From: an uncultured Candidatus Binatia bacterium | GTDB taxonomy: Bacteria > Desulfobacterota > Binatia > UBA9968 > JAJDTQ01 | Assembly (NCBI GenBank): GCA_965242525.1 | Contig: OZ251459.1 | Span: forward strand, 2,816,001-2,880,000 | DNA: 64,000 nucleotides | Direction of reading: 5' to 3' | Shown: in pieces, positions 30,905-44,348 of the stretch | Position numbering within the stretch: the first letter of the stretch is position 1 | How the letters are laid out: every line of letters starts with the position of its first letter | The notes under the pieces: generated by a model | What the model was told of the DNA's origin: nothing | What the model saw: only the letters and a program-made list of their open reading frames with translations | The model's database searches: none | Position numbers and translations under genes: made by a program

Positions 30905-32086
30905 ATGAACGGAGCACTGGAAGGCATCAAGATCCTCGACGTCACCAACTACATCGCGGGTCCCTATGCGTCGCTGCTGTTGGCCGACCTGGGAGCGGAG
31001 GTCTGGAAGATCGAGACCCCCGGGGCCGGAGACCCGTTCCGCACCTGGGACAAGGAGCCCAAGGACTACAGTCCGAGCTTCTGCGCCCTCAACCGCAACA
31101 AGAAGAGCCTCACCCTGGACATGAAGACGCCGGAGGGCAAGGAAGTGTTCCTGCGCCTGGCCCGGGGCGCGGACGTGGTGGTGGAGAACCTCCGGCCCGG
31201 AGTGGTGGACCGGCTGGGCATCGGCTACGACGCGGTGCGCGAGACGAACCCGCGCATCATCTACTGCTCCATCTCCGCCTTCGGCCAGGACGGCCCGTAC
31301 CGGAAGAGGCCGGGCTACGACACCATCGGCCAGTCCCTGAGCGGCCTGCTGAGCGTGTTGACCGACCTGGAGCACCCGCACGGCCCGGGCGCCGCCTTCT
31401 CCGACCACCTCGGCGGCCTGTTCGGCTGTTACGGCGTGCTGGCCGCGCTGGCGGCCCGGGAGCGCACCGGCGCGGGCCAGAAGGTGGAGACGTCGCTGCT
31501 GGAGTCCACCATCTGCTTCCTGGGCCTCGGCATCACCCAGTACCTGTTCAGCGGCGACGTGCCCAGCATGCGGAGCCGCATCAAGACCGCGGGCGTCTAT
31601 GCGCTGGTGGCGGGGGACGCCAAGCCCTTCGTCATCCACCTGTCCCATCCGCCGAAGTTCTGGGTCGGGGTCACCGAGGTCATGGGCCGACCGGACTTCC
31701 AGACCGACGAACGCACGAAGGACCGCCCGGCCCGGGCGCGGAACTACGACTTCATCTCCGAAACCTTCGCCGCGGTGGTCCGGTCCGCTCCCCGGGAGCA
31801 CTGGCTGAAGGAGCTGGAAGCCAGGGACGTCCCGTGCGCGCCCATCAACAACTTCGCCGAGGTCTTCGAGGACCCTCAAGTCAAACACCTGGACCGGCTG
31901 ATGGAAGTCGATCATCCCGAGTTCGGCCCGTTCCAACTGGTGCGGAACGGCCTCAACCTGCGCGACACCCCCGTCACCCTGAGGCTCCGACCGCCGAAGC
32001 TGGGCGAACACAACGAGGAGGCCCTGCGGGAGTTGGGGTACGGCCCCGAGGAGATCCGGTCCTTTCGGGAGAGGAACATCGTATGA
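30905..32086 (+). CDS. Family III CoA-transferase (CaiB/BaiF)
   Basis: LADLGAEV, NRNKKS, ENLRPG, PGYD. Confidence 0.93.
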   Translation: MNGALEGIKILDVTNYIAGPYASLLLADLGAEVWKIETPGAGDPFRTWDKEPKDYSPSFCALNRNKKSLTLDMKTPEGKEVFLRLARGADVVVENLRPGVVDRLGIGYDAVRETNPRIIYCSISAFGQDGPYRKRPGYDTIGQSLSGLLSVLTDLEHPHGPGAAFSDHLGGLFGCYGVLAALAARERTGAGQKVETSLLESTICFLGLGITQYLFSGDVPSMRSRIKTAGVYALVAGDAKPFVIHLSHPPKFWVGVTEVMGRPDFQTDERTKDRPARARNYDFISETFAAVVRSAPREHWLKELEARDVPCAPINNFAEVFEDPQVKHLDRLMEVDHPEFGPFQLVRNGLNLRDTPVTLRLRPPKLGEHNEEALRELGYGPEEIRSFRERNIV

Positions 32087-32126
32087 CCGGCGCCGCGGCC
32101 CCGGGCTCGAACCGCGGCCGCCGTCC

Positions 32127-33206
32127 ATGAACGCGCCGGCCCTCCGCCGTAGCGCGGCCGCCCTCCGCCGGCGGACGCCCGCCATCCTCGCGGCCCTGGC
32201 GGTAGGGGTCCCGGCCGGGTACGCGTGCCACTCCCTGGACCTGCCCATCCCCTGGATGCTCGGGCCCATGGTGGCGGTGGCCGTCTTCAACCTCATGGGC
32301 GCGCCCATGGACTCGCCGCCGTACGCGCGGCAGATGGGGCAGGTCCTGCTCGGTTCCGCGGTGTCCCTCCATTTCACCCCGCCGGTGGTGGCCGCCCTGG
32401 CCGCCAACTGGACGCCCATCGTGCTGGCGACCCTGGCCACGTTCCTGATCGGCGGCCTGGGCGCCCTGCTCCTGAGCCGGATCTCGGGGGTCGAGAGGCG
32501 GTCCACCTTCTTCGCCTCGATTCCGGGAGGCGCCATGGCCATGGCCAACCTGGCCCACCGGTACGGCGCGCAGGTCGCGCCGGTGGCGGTGGCCCACAGC
32601 CTGCGGGTCTCCATCGTGGTCATCGTGGTGCCCTTCGCCCTGACCTACGGCGGCATCCCGCTGGAAGCCGCGGCCTACCGCCCGTCCGTGCCGCTGGACG
32701 CGGCCGTGCTGGCGCCCTGGCTGCTGGCCGGGTTCGTGCTGGGGGAGGTCTCCGAGCGCCTCCGCATGCACAACGGCTACCTGCTCATGCCGATATTCTT
32801 CGGCGCCGCCTTCACCATGAGCGAGGTCCGGCTGTCCGCGGTGCCCCAGTGGATGACCCGGTTCGCCCAGCTCATGTTCGGCCTGGTGCTCGGCGCGCGC
32901 TACGAACGCGCGTTCTTCGCGCGCCACAAGCTGTTCATCCCGTTCGCGCTGCTCAACGCCTTCTTCGGCCTCGCGGCCTCGGTGATGGTGGCCCTCGCCC
33001 TGGCCTGGACTTTCCGGCTCCCGGTCGCCACCATGATCATCTCCACCGCCCCCGGGGGGCTGGTGGAGATGGCCATCACCGCCCAAGCCCTGGAGATCGG
33101 CGTGCCCACGGTGGTGGCGTTCCATCTGGCCCGGGTCGTGGTGGTCAACCTGGGCACGCAACACATCTACAGCGGCTGCGCCCGATGGCTGGGCCGACGC
33201 CCGTAG
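32127..33206 (+). CDS. AbrB-family membrane protein
   Basis: PWMLGP, SIPGG and TAPGG repeats; multiple TM segments. Confidence 0.85.
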   Translation: MNAPALRRSAAALRRRTPAILAALAVGVPAGYACHSLDLPIPWMLGPMVAVAVFNLMGAPMDSPPYARQMGQVLLGSAVSLHFTPPVVAALAANWTPIVLATLATFLIGGLGALLLSRISGVERRSTFFASIPGGAMAMANLAHRYGAQVAPVAVAHSLRVSIVVIVVPFALTYGGIPLEAAAYRPSVPLDAAVLAPWLLAGFVLGEVSERLRMHNGYLLMPIFFGAAFTMSEVRLSAVPQWMTRFAQLMFGLVLGARYERAFFARHKLFIPFALLNAFFGLAASVMVALALAWTFRLPVATMIISTAPGGLVEMAITAQALEIGVPTVVAFHLARVVVVNLGTQHIYSGCARWLGRRP

Positions 33207-33241
33207 CCGGAGGGACCGACGCGAGAATCCGGGAGGGCGCC

Positions 33242-34165
33242 ATGGAAGAGAAGGTCCGGTTCTTCAGCGGCCCCGGCTACGGCCTGTCCGGGGTCGTCTC
33301 CGTCCCCGACTCCGGCGGCGGCCCGCACCCCGGCGTGGTCCTGTGCCAGGGGTACGCCGGCCTCAAGGAAGCGCTCATGCCCGCGGTGGCCCAACGGTTG
33401 TCCAGGGAGGGCTACGCGACGCTGCGCTTCGACTACCGGGGCTTCGGGGAGAGCGAGGGGCCGCGGCACCGGCTGATACCCCTGGAGCAGGTCGAGGACA
33501 TCCGCAACGGCCTCACCTGCCTCGGCCTGCGCGAGGACGTGGACCCCGGGCGCATGGGCATATGGGGGACCAGCTTCGGCGGCGCCCATGCAGCGTATGC
33601 GGCCGCGGTGGACCGCCGGGTCCGGTGCATCGTGAGCGCGGTGGGCGTGGCCGACGGCGAGCGCTGGCTCCATTGCCTGCGCCGGGAATGGGAATGGCAA
33701 AAGTTCCTGGAGGAGCTCCGCGAGGACCGCAACCAGCGGGTGCGGACCGGACGGTCCCGGCGCGTGCACCCCTACCACATCATGGAGACCACGCCGGAAG
33801 GCTGGGATTTCTGGAACGAGACCGTGGCGGCCAACCCGGAAAGGGCGGAAGTCGCAATACCCCTGGAATGCGCCGACGCCATCATCGAGTACAAGCCCGA
33901 ATCCGTGGCGCACCGGATGGAGAGCCCGGCCCTCTACGTGTCCGCGGGGCTGGACGCCCTGACCCCCGTGAGCGAGCAGGCCAGCCTGTACCGGCGCTCG
34001 CCCGAACCCAGGCGCCACGTGGTGGTTCCCGGCGTCGACCACCACGGCCTCTACGAGGAGCCGCACCTGGGCCGGCTGCTGGACCTGTCCGTGGACTGGT
34101 TCCACGAGCACCTGGCGGGCAACGCCGGCGGGCAGCCGCACCGGGCAGGCCCGGCGCAGGGTTGA
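33242..34165 (+). CDS. Alpha/beta hydrolase
   Basis: FDYRGFGES, GTSFGG, downstream D and H. Confidence 0.9.
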   Translation: MEEKVRFFSGPGYGLSGVVSVPDSGGGPHPGVVLCQGYAGLKEALMPAVAQRLSREGYATLRFDYRGFGESEGPRHRLIPLEQVEDIRNGLTCLGLREDVDPGRMGIWGTSFGGAHAAYAAAVDRRVRCIVSAVGVADGERWLHCLRREWEWQKFLEELREDRNQRVRTGRSRRVHPYHIMETTPEGWDFWNETVAANPERAEVAIPLECADAIIEYKPESVAHRMESPALYVSAGLDALTPVSEQASLYRRSPEPRRHVVVPGVDHHGLYEEPHLGRLLDLSVDWFHEHLAGNAGGQPHRAGPAQG

Positions 34166-34272
34166 CAAACGCCCCTCGGTTGATGCTGTATCATGCCGTA
34201 TCGGACAGGCGAGGGAGATCGGACGGGCGAGAGGGTGTTCGGGGTCGGCCGCGGCCGACGAAGGAGGACGAG

Positions 34273-35214
34273 ATGACCAAGTTCGCAATCGGGCTGTTGG
34301 CGCTGGCGTTCCTGGCTCCGGGAGTCCATGCGCAGACCGTGAGCATCGGCACCAACCCGCAGGGCTCGCTGGCCTACGCCACCGGAGCCGGCGTCGCCAA
34401 GGTCGCCATCGAGGAGGCCAAGGTCAACATGCGCGTGGTGCCCCAGGGCGGGCCGGTGGTGACCCTGCCGCTGCTCAACAACGGCGAGCTGGACTTCACC
34501 ATCTCCAACGTGGCGGCCAGCTCGTTCGCCTACCTGGGGAAGGCCATGTACGACGGCAGGAAGCAGGACAAGGTGCGGCTGGCGGCGGTGCTGTTCCCGC
34601 TCTACAGCATGTTCTACGTGCGCGCCGATTCGGACATCGAGACCTTGAACGACCTCAAGGGCAAGCGGCTGCCGAGCCGGTTCACCAAGCAGAAGATCGT
34701 CGGCCTGAACGCGGAATCGGTGCTGGCCACCGCGGGCCTGGACTTCGACGACGTGGCCGGGGTGCCGGTTCCCAACGGCGTCCGGGGAGTGCGGGACTTC
34801 ATGGAAGGGAAGAGCGACGCGGCCTATTTCTCCCTCACCTCGGGCATCACCCGGCAGGCCCACGCGGCCGTTGGCGGCATCCGCGTCCTCTCCATGGAGG
34901 ACACGCCCAAGGCGCTGGCGGCCTTGCGGAGCGTCGTCCCCGCGGGAAGCATCGCCACGCTCCAGCCGGCGAAGCTCTTTCCCGGGGTCATGGGCCCCAC
35001 CCATGTGTTCGCCGCGGCCTTCGTGGTCAACGCGAGCGCCGGGACGCCCGACGAGACCGTTTACAAGGTGGTCAAGGCCCTCCACCGCAACAAGGAAAAG
35101 CTCATCGGCTCCCACGGCATGTTCAAGCAGTTCGACCCAGGAAGGATGCGCGTGGACCTGGGGGTCCCGTACCATCCCGGGGCCCTGCGGTACTACGAGG
35201 AACAGGGAATGTAG
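34273..35214 (+). CDS. TAXI family TRAP substrate-binding protein
   Basis: Signal peptide, IGT...GS, DLKGKR, PYHPGALRYY. Confidence 0.9.
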   Translation: MTKFAIGLLALAFLAPGVHAQTVSIGTNPQGSLAYATGAGVAKVAIEEAKVNMRVVPQGGPVVTLPLLNNGELDFTISNVAASSFAYLGKAMYDGRKQDKVRLAAVLFPLYSMFYVRADSDIETLNDLKGKRLPSRFTKQKIVGLNAESVLATAGLDFDDVAGVPVPNGVRGVRDFMEGKSDAAYFSLTSGITRQAHAAVGGIRVLSMEDTPKALAALRSVVPAGSIATLQPAKLFPGVMGPTHVFAAAFVVNASAGTPDETVYKVVKALHRNKEKLIGSHGMFKQFDPGRMRVDLGVPYHPGALRYYEEQGM

Positions 35215-35244
35215 CTTGGCCCCCGTGTCTTCGGGACCGTCGCC

Positions 35245-37215
35245 ATGACCGGCGGTGACGAAGGAGGCGCGGTCCGGACGCCCGCCGCGTCCTGGACGGT
35301 GCGGGTGGTCGGACGACTGCTGGGCGGACTGTTGACCGCGGCGGCCCTCGCCGAGGCCGCGGACCTGTACCGTGCGGTCGGCATCGTGGTCTTTGCCGAG
35401 CAGCGTCTGCTGGCGCTGCTCGGCCTCGCCCTGGGGACCCTCTACGTCCTCAAACCGGCGAAGCCGGGGGCCGCCCGTCCGAGCGTGCCCTGGTTCGACG
35501 CCCTGGCGGCAACCGCCGGGGTGCTGGTGTGCGCCTACCTGAGCTGGCACTACGAACGGATCTTCGAGGAGCTCTACGCCCGCCCCCGGGACGCCCTGCT
35601 GGGCGGCGCGGTGATCCTGGCGCTGGTGGCGGAGGGGGTGCGCCGCACCGCCGGACCGGTGCTGTTCGTCTTCCTGCTGTCGTTCTTCGCCCTCGGCCTC
35701 CTGAGCCACCTCATCCCCGGCCAGTTCCAGGGCCGCGAGGTGGATCTGGACCGGCTGGTGATCTACCTGAGCCTCGACTCCAACTCGCTGGTGGGCATCC
35801 CCCTCACTGTGGCCACCACCATCGTCATCGCCTTCATCTACTTCGGCAACCTGCTGGACCTTTCCGGCGGTTCGAAGTTCTTCACCGACATCTCCACCGC
35901 GCTCATGGGCCGGTACCGCGGCGGTTCGGCCAAGATCGCGGTCACCGCCTCGTCGTTGTTCGGCTCCATCTCCGGCAGCGCCACCTCCAACGTGGTCTCC
36001 ACCGGGGTCATCACCATCCCGCTGATGAAGAAGGGCGGTTACCCCGGCCATACCGCCGGCGCCATCGAGGCGGTGGCCTCCACCGGCGGCCAACTGATGC
36101 CGCCCATGATGGGCGCCGCGGCCTTCGTCATGGCCGAGTTCCTGCAGATCTCCTACCAGGAGGTGGTGCTGGCGGCGCTGATCCCGGCCGTCCTCTACTA
36201 CGTGGCGCTGTTCATCCAGGCCGACCTCTACGCCGCCCGGGAGGGCATCGCGCGGGTGGGCGAAGACTCCATCCCTCCCCGCTGGCCGGTGTTCCGCGCC
36301 GGCTGGCCCTACGTGGTCCCGTTCGCGGTGGTCATCCTGTGCCTCTTCCATTTCAACCTCCGGCCGGAGACCTCGGCCCTGTGGGCCTCCGGCAGCCTCA
36401 TCCCCGTGGGCCTCTTCATCGGCTACCGGCGCGAGCGCATGTCCTGGTGGGTGATCGTGGCCGTCCTGGCCAAGACCGGGGTCCTGTGCGTGCAACTCCT
36501 GATGATTAGCTGCATGGCCGGGATCATCATCGGGATCCTCAACATCACGGGCCTGGGCTTTGCGCTGACCCAGGCCATCATCCACCTGGCCGGGGGGGAG
36601 ATCGCCCTGATCCTGCTGCTGGCGGCGCTGATCTCCATCGTCCTGGGCATGGGCATGCCCACCCTCGGCGTCTATCTGCTGCTGGCCACGCTGGTGACGC
36701 CATCCATGGTGGAGGTGGGCATCCCGCCCATGGCGGCGCACCTGTTCGCCCTCTACTTCGGCATGCTCTCCCTCATCACGCCGCCGGTGGCGGTGGCGGC
36801 CTTTACCGCGGCCACGGTGGCCGGGGCCGACTTCATGCGCACGGGCTTCGCCGCGGTCCACTTCGGCTGGACCGCCTACGTGGTGCCGTTCCTGTTCGTG
36901 CTGGCCCCGGAGCTCCTCATGCAGGGTTCGGCGCTCGAGATCCTCCACACGTCGGCCACCGCGGTGGTGGGCGTGTGGCTGGTGTCGGCAGGCTTCATGG
37001 GCTTTTTCGCAAGGCCCCTGGGCGCGTCCCACCGCCTCCTGTTCATCACCGCCGGACTGCTGTTGTTCTTCCCGGCCAGCGGCCACGCCCACGGCGCCTG
37101 GACGGACGTAGCCGGGGCCTGCCTGGCCGGCGCGCTGGCGCTGACGGGAGGCTTCCGCAGAGGCGGGAGCGCCCGGCCGCCGGCCGCGCCCCGGAGCCTG
37201 GAGGGTCCCACATGA
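35245..37215 (+). CDS. TRAP transporter fused permease (4TM/12TM)
   Basis: GGSAK, SGSATSN, EAVASTGGQLMPPMMGAAAF, ITPPVA. Confidence 0.93.
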   Translation: MTGGDEGGAVRTPAASWTVRVVGRLLGGLLTAAALAEAADLYRAVGIVVFAEQRLLALLGLALGTLYVLKPAKPGAARPSVPWFDALAATAGVLVCAYLSWHYERIFEELYARPRDALLGGAVILALVAEGVRRTAGPVLFVFLLSFFALGLLSHLIPGQFQGREVDLDRLVIYLSLDSNSLVGIPLTVATTIVIAFIYFGNLLDLSGGSKFFTDISTALMGRYRGGSAKIAVTASSLFGSISGSATSNVVSTGVITIPLMKKGGYPGHTAGAIEAVASTGGQLMPPMMGAAAFVMAEFLQISYQEVVLAALIPAVLYYVALFIQADLYAAREGIARVGEDSIPPRWPVFRAGWPYVVPFAVVILCLFHFNLRPETSALWASGSLIPVGLFIGYRRERMSWWVIVAVLAKTGVLCVQLLMISCMAGIIIGILNITGLGFALTQAIIHLAGGEIALILLLAALISIVLGMGMPTLGVYLLLATLVTPSMVEVGIPPMAAHLFALYFGMLSLITPPVAVAAFTAATVAGADFMRTGFAAVHFGWTAYVVPFLFVLAPELLMQGSALEILHTSATAVVGVWLVSAGFMGFFARPLGASHRLLFITAGLLLFFPASGHAHGAWTDVAGACLAGALALTGGFRRGGSARPPAAPRSLEGPT

Positions 37216-38033
37216 CCGAAGTCATCATGATCGGAACGGGAGTCCCGGAGCCCAACCCCAACCGCCAGGGTTCCTGCATCGCCGTGGTCATCGACGGCAA
37301 GCCCGTGCTTCTCGACTGCGGCCGCGGCGCCCTCACGCAGCTCGTCCGCGCCGGGATCGACCCGGCCCGGGTCGAGCAGGTGTTCCTCACCCACCTCCAC
37401 TACGACCACATCATCGGCCTTCCCGACCTGCTGCTGGGGAGTTGGATGGTGGGGCGCAGCACCGGGATCGAGGTGTTCGGCCCCGCGGGAACCCGGGCGT
37501 TCGTGGAGGGGATCCTCGAAGCCTTCAAGATCGACATCCAGGGGCGCAAGGCCACCGGCACCAAGTCCAGGTTCGAGGTCTCCACCCGCGAGATCGACGA
37601 GGGTCCCGTGTGGGAGACGCCCGCGTGGAAACTCGACGCCGTGCGGGTGGTGCACATACCCAACAGCCTCGGCTTTCGAGTCGATACCAGTGACCGGTCC
37701 ATCGTGTTCTCCGGCGACACCCGGCCCTGCCCGGCCCTGGTGGAGCTGGCCCGGGACTGCGACCTGCTCATCCACGAGGTGCTGTTCTCGCCGGAGCTGG
37801 AGCAGCAGGGCGCTCCGCAAGGCCGCCACCCGGAGTTCATCCATCCCGAGTGGGCCAACCGCATCCGCCACACCAAACCGCACCAGGTGGGCAAGATCGC
37901 CGCGGAAGCCAACGCCGGCAAGCTCGTGCTCACCCATCTCTGGTCCGAGAAGGAGGAGGAGCGGCTGAAAGCGGAAGTGGCGGCCGACTACTCCGGGGAG
38001 ATCGTCGTGGCCCGGGACCTGATGACGGTCTGA
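37212..38033 (+). CDS. MBL-fold hydrolase, RNase Z/arylsulfatase-like
   Basis: THLHYDH, SGDT, LIHE, LTH; ATGA overlap with the permease. Confidence 0.88.
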   Translation: MTEVIMIGTGVPEPNPNRQGSCIAVVIDGKPVLLDCGRGALTQLVRAGIDPARVEQVFLTHLHYDHIIGLPDLLLGSWMVGRSTGIEVFGPAGTRAFVEGILEAFKIDIQGRKATGTKSRFEVSTREIDEGPVWETPAWKLDAVRVVHIPNSLGFRVDTSDRSIVFSGDTRPCPALVELARDCDLLIHEVLFSPELEQQGAPQGRHPEFIHPEWANRIRHTKPHQVGKIAAEANAGKLVLTHLWSEKEEERLKAEVAADYSGEIVVARDLMTV

Positions 38034-38062
38034 CCCGCGGCCCCATCCTCCGGCCACGCCGA

Positions 38063-38147
38063 CGAAAAGCCGACGCGGCCCGCGCAGGAGCGCGCCCTTC
38101 GACTTCGCTTCGCCCAGGACGAACGGGGATCGTCGTTCGAAGTTTCC
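38063..38147. mobile_element. Degenerate MITE copy
   Basis: Core at 38088-38128 and right TIR GTCGTTCGAAGTTTCC; left end uncertain. Confidence 0.65.
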
Positions 38148-38193
38148 GTAGGCGGGCGGCCCCGGCCGCATCGAGAGCACAGGAGGCAGATCC

Positions 38194-38481
38194 ATGATCT
38201 ACGAGGTGAGGTTCCAGACCGTCGATCCCGACCGGCGGGACGAATACGTGGAGGCCTACAGGGAAGCCATCCAGTCCGGCAAGGAGGCCGGCTGCCACGG
38301 CGGCCTCATCCTGTGCAGCGACGAGGACCCCGGGGCCGTGCTGGTGCTGCTCCATTGGGAGACCAGGGAGCACCATGAGCGTTGGCGCGGGACGCCGCCG
38401 CACCGGAAGTTCCGCCAGACCATCGACCCGTGGCAGACCCGGCCCAGCACCGGCGCCTACTACGTGGCCGAGACCATCTGA
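38194..38481 (+). CDS. ABM-like dimeric alpha/beta barrel protein
   Basis: AGGAGG RBS; LHWETREHHERW pattern. Confidence 0.75.
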   Translation: MIYEVRFQTVDPDRRDEYVEAYREAIQSGKEAGCHGGLILCSDEDPGAVLVLLHWETREHHERWRGTPPHRKFRQTIDPWQTRPSTGAYYVAETI

Positions 38482-38528
38482 GCGGCGGCCGCGTCCCGGG
38501 GCCGGGCCTCGCCGAGGAGAACTGCGGC

Positions 38529-41678
<3,150 letters not shown>

Positions 41679-41718
41679 GGGCTTGACACCGGACAGGATT
41701 CTGGAAAACTCATAGTGA

Positions 41719-42023
41719 GGAACGTCTGGACGATTCCGGAGCGCGTCCTTCGACTTCGCTTCGCTACGCTCAGGACGAACGGGAGACTCGCTCCGCTAGG
41801 CTCAAGATGAGCGGGATGCTTCACTACGCTACGCTCAGGACGAACGGGATATTTCGCTCCGCTACGCCTAGGATGAACGGGAGACTTCGTTTCGCTAGGC
41901 TCAGGATGAGCGGGAGACTTCGCTCCGCTAGGCTCAGAATGAGCGGGAGACTTCGCTCCGCTCAGGATGAGCGGGAGACTTCGCTCCGCTCAGGATGAAC
42001 GGGGATCGCCGTTCAAGGTTTCC
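41719..42023. mobile_element. MITE copy with a strongly expanded internal tandem core
   Basis: gtga-GGAACGTCTGGACGAT...GCCGTTCAAGGTTTCC-gtaa; about eight ctcaggaYgaRcgggagacttcgc units. Confidence 0.82.
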
Positions 42024-42118
42024 GTAAGTGGCTGCGCCGCGGAACCGGGGGGCGACAGCGCGGAGACATCGACGGAACCGCGGACCGGGTCGGGTCCGCA
42101 TCGAATCAAGGAGACGCC

Positions 42119-42595
42119 ATGTACGCACTGAGGATCATACTGGTGGGCCTGACGGTTCTGGCGCTTGCCGCCTGCACCAGCAAGGCGGGACCCAAGGAAA
42201 CCGTCGGAACGCTACTCGGCGCGGCCGCGGGAGGACTCGGCGGCGCGCAGATCGGCAAGGGCCGCGGGAAGCTCGTGGCCACGGGCGTCGGCGCGTTCCT
42301 CGGCGCGATGATCGGGAACGAGATCGGCAAGTCCCTCGACCGGGCGGACCGGCTGGCCATGCAGCGGACTACCCAGCAGACGTTGGAATCGACGCCGACG
42401 GGTCAGACCAGCACGTGGAAGAACCCCGATTCCGGCAACGAGGGAACGGTGACCCCGCAGAAGACCTATCAACGCGACGACGGGATCTACTGCCGCGAGT
42501 TCACCCAGACCATCACCATCGGCGGCCGCACCGAGGAAGCCTACGGCACCGCTTGCCGTCAACCCGACGGCGCCTGGAAGATCGTCTCCACCTGA
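42119..42595 (+). CDS. Glycine-zipper lipoprotein, 17-kDa surface antigen family
   Basis: Lipobox LAAC, glycine zipper, WKNPDSG, CREF, ACRQPDGAW. Confidence 0.9.
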   Translation: MYALRIILVGLTVLALAACTSKAGPKETVGTLLGAAAGGLGGAQIGKGRGKLVATGVGAFLGAMIGNEIGKSLDRADRLAMQRTTQQTLESTPTGQTSTWKNPDSGNEGTVTPQKTYQRDDGIYCREFTQTITIGGRTEEAYGTACRQPDGAWKIVST

Positions 42596-42641
42596 CGTCC
42601 CCTATCCCGGGGCGCCAACCCGAAGCATCCTGCCATCCTGC

Positions 42642-42779
42642 GGAAACTCGGAACGATCATCCCCGTTCGTCCTGAGCGTAGCGTAGCGAAGTCCTCCGTT
42701 CATCCTGAGCGTAGCGAAGTCGAAGGACGCGCTTTCCCACAGGAAGAGGGAGTTCGAGCCGGCATTGTCCAGGGTTTCC
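42642..42779. mobile_element. MITE copy
   Basis: ctgc-GGAAACTCGGAACGAT...ATTGTCCAGGGTTTCC-ctcc. Confidence 0.82.
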
Positions 42780-42885
42780 CTCCCGTGGTTCCGGCGGAAG
42801 CCGGGACCACCGCGGCTTCCGCATGCTGCCCGGACTTGGTGGAGCCGGCGCCGCCGCGCCGGACGCGCCTCCGTCCCGGCTTCCT

Positions 42886-44346
42886 TCAGGCGCCCCTCCG
42901 CCCGAGCCGTAGCGAGAGGCCGCCCTGCCGGACGTGGACCTGCCGCACCTCGCGCAGCCCCGCAACCTGCTTCATCAGGGCGGAAACCGGACGGCCGGCG
43001 TCCAGGTATTCCCTGGGAGCGCCCGCGGCCAGCATCTCCTTGACCCAGTCCGCGCCGACGATGACCCGCAGCACCAGTTCCTCGTCCGACACCCCGGGGC
43101 CGCCGAACTTGCGCCGCACCTCCTGGAGGGAGGGCTCCGGCCGCGTCCAGCCCTCCCAGGCCCGCGCCCGGGCGCGGCCGAGGATCCGGTCCTTCACGTC
43201 CGCGTCCATGAGCCGGGCGCCCTCTTCGCCCCAATGCCCCAGGGCGTACTGGATGCTCTGGTCCGTGACCTCCCGGTAGCGCTCCCCCACCATCACGTTG
43301 ATGGCCGCCTGGGTCCCCACGAACTGGGCCAGCGGCGTGACCATGATGGGATAGCCGTACTCTTGGCGCACGCGGCCGGCTTCCTCCAGGGTCTCCTCCA
43401 GCCTGTGGCCCATGCCCACGGTCTCCAGTTGGTGGCGCAGGTTGGAGATCATGCCTCCGGGGACCTGGTGCCGGTACTGGGCGTAGTCGTACTCCCTGGG
43501 CGCGCCCATGGGGCGGCCTTCCCACTGCGCCACCCGGGTGAAGTGCTCCTCCACGGGCTTCACCGCTTCCAGGTCCACCCGCGGGGTCAGGCCCAGGGCC
43601 GCGGCGTTGGCCGCCGCGTTGTAGATGGAGGGTTGGGACGAGCCGTTGGCCAGCGGCGGTATGGCGGTGTGGAGGGTCCTGACGCCGAGCCGGAGGGCTT
43701 CCACGTAGCACAGCGGGGCCAAGCCGTTGTTGCAGTGGGCGTGGAACTCCAGCGGGACGTCGCCCACGTTGTCCATGACCAACCGGAGCATCTCCCGGGC
43801 GCGCTCCGGCGTCAGCAACCCGCCCACGTCCTTGAAGCAGATCCGGTAGGGCCGCAGCGCCGCCAGTTCGCGGGTCTTCCGCACGTAGTAATCGTCGGTG
43901 TGCTTGGGGGAGACCGAGTAGATGACGTTGGCCACCACGTCCATGCCCATCTCCCCCAGGAGCCGGATCTCGCGGGCGAGCACGCCGTAGTCGTTCCACG
44001 GGTTCGACGAGCGCGTGAGGGTGATGCCGTGGGCGATGACTCGCTCCATCATCAGGCGCAGCACGCAGGAGGGAATGGGATCGAACCCGGAACTGATGCC
44101 CCCGTGGTAGCGCAGCCGGGTCCTGGAGAACCGCTTCACCCCCAACCGCACCCAGTCCCACGGGTTCTCCTTGTGCTCCCGCACCTGCTTGATGATGCTG
44201 GCGAAGCCGAAGAACTCCATGGACTCGAACCCGCACCTGTCCATCTGCCCGGCCGCAGCGAGCATGGCGCCGGTCCTCATGCCCAGCGCCCAGAGGCTCA
44301 ACTGCCCGTCCCTCACGGTGGTGTCGATGAAACGAACCTCGCTCAT
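42886..44346 (-). CDS. Pyruvate carboxylase B / OadA-like carboxyltransferase without a biotinyl domain
   Basis: DTTVRDG, CFKDVGG, HAH, QVPGGMISN, IMVTP. Confidence 0.88.
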   Translation of the reverse strand: MSEVRFIDTTVRDGQLSLWALGMRTGAMLAAAGQMDRCGFESMEFFGFASIIKQVREHKENPWDWVRLGVKRFSRTRLRYHGGISSGFDPIPSCVLRLMMERVIAHGITLTRSSNPWNDYGVLAREIRLLGEMGMDVVANVIYSVSPKHTDDYYVRKTRELAALRPYRICFKDVGGLLTPERAREMLRLVMDNVGDVPLEFHAHCNNGLAPLCYVEALRLGVRTLHTAIPPLANGSSQPSIYNAAANAAALGLTPRVDLEAVKPVEEHFTRVAQWEGRPMGAPREYDYAQYRHQVPGGMISNLRHQLETVGMGHRLEETLEEAGRVRQEYGYPIMVTPLAQFVGTQAAINVMVGERYREVTDQSIQYALGHWGEEGARLMDADVKDRILGRARARAWEGWTRPEPSLQEVRRKFGGPGVSDEELVLRVIVGADWVKEMLAAGAPREYLDAGRPVSALMKQVAGLREVRQVHVRQGGLSLRLGRRGA

Positions 44347-44348
44347 GC

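Noticed and set aside
34162-34194. TTGACA...TATCAT promoter for the TRAP operon
   Set aside because: The spacer is 21 bp, too long; the TTGACA at 41683 likewise lacks a good -10
41740-42004. CRISPR-like regularly spaced repeats (also 7235-7402)
   Set aside because: Units are contiguous and degenerate with no unique spacers and no cas genes; they are MITE-internal tandem repeats
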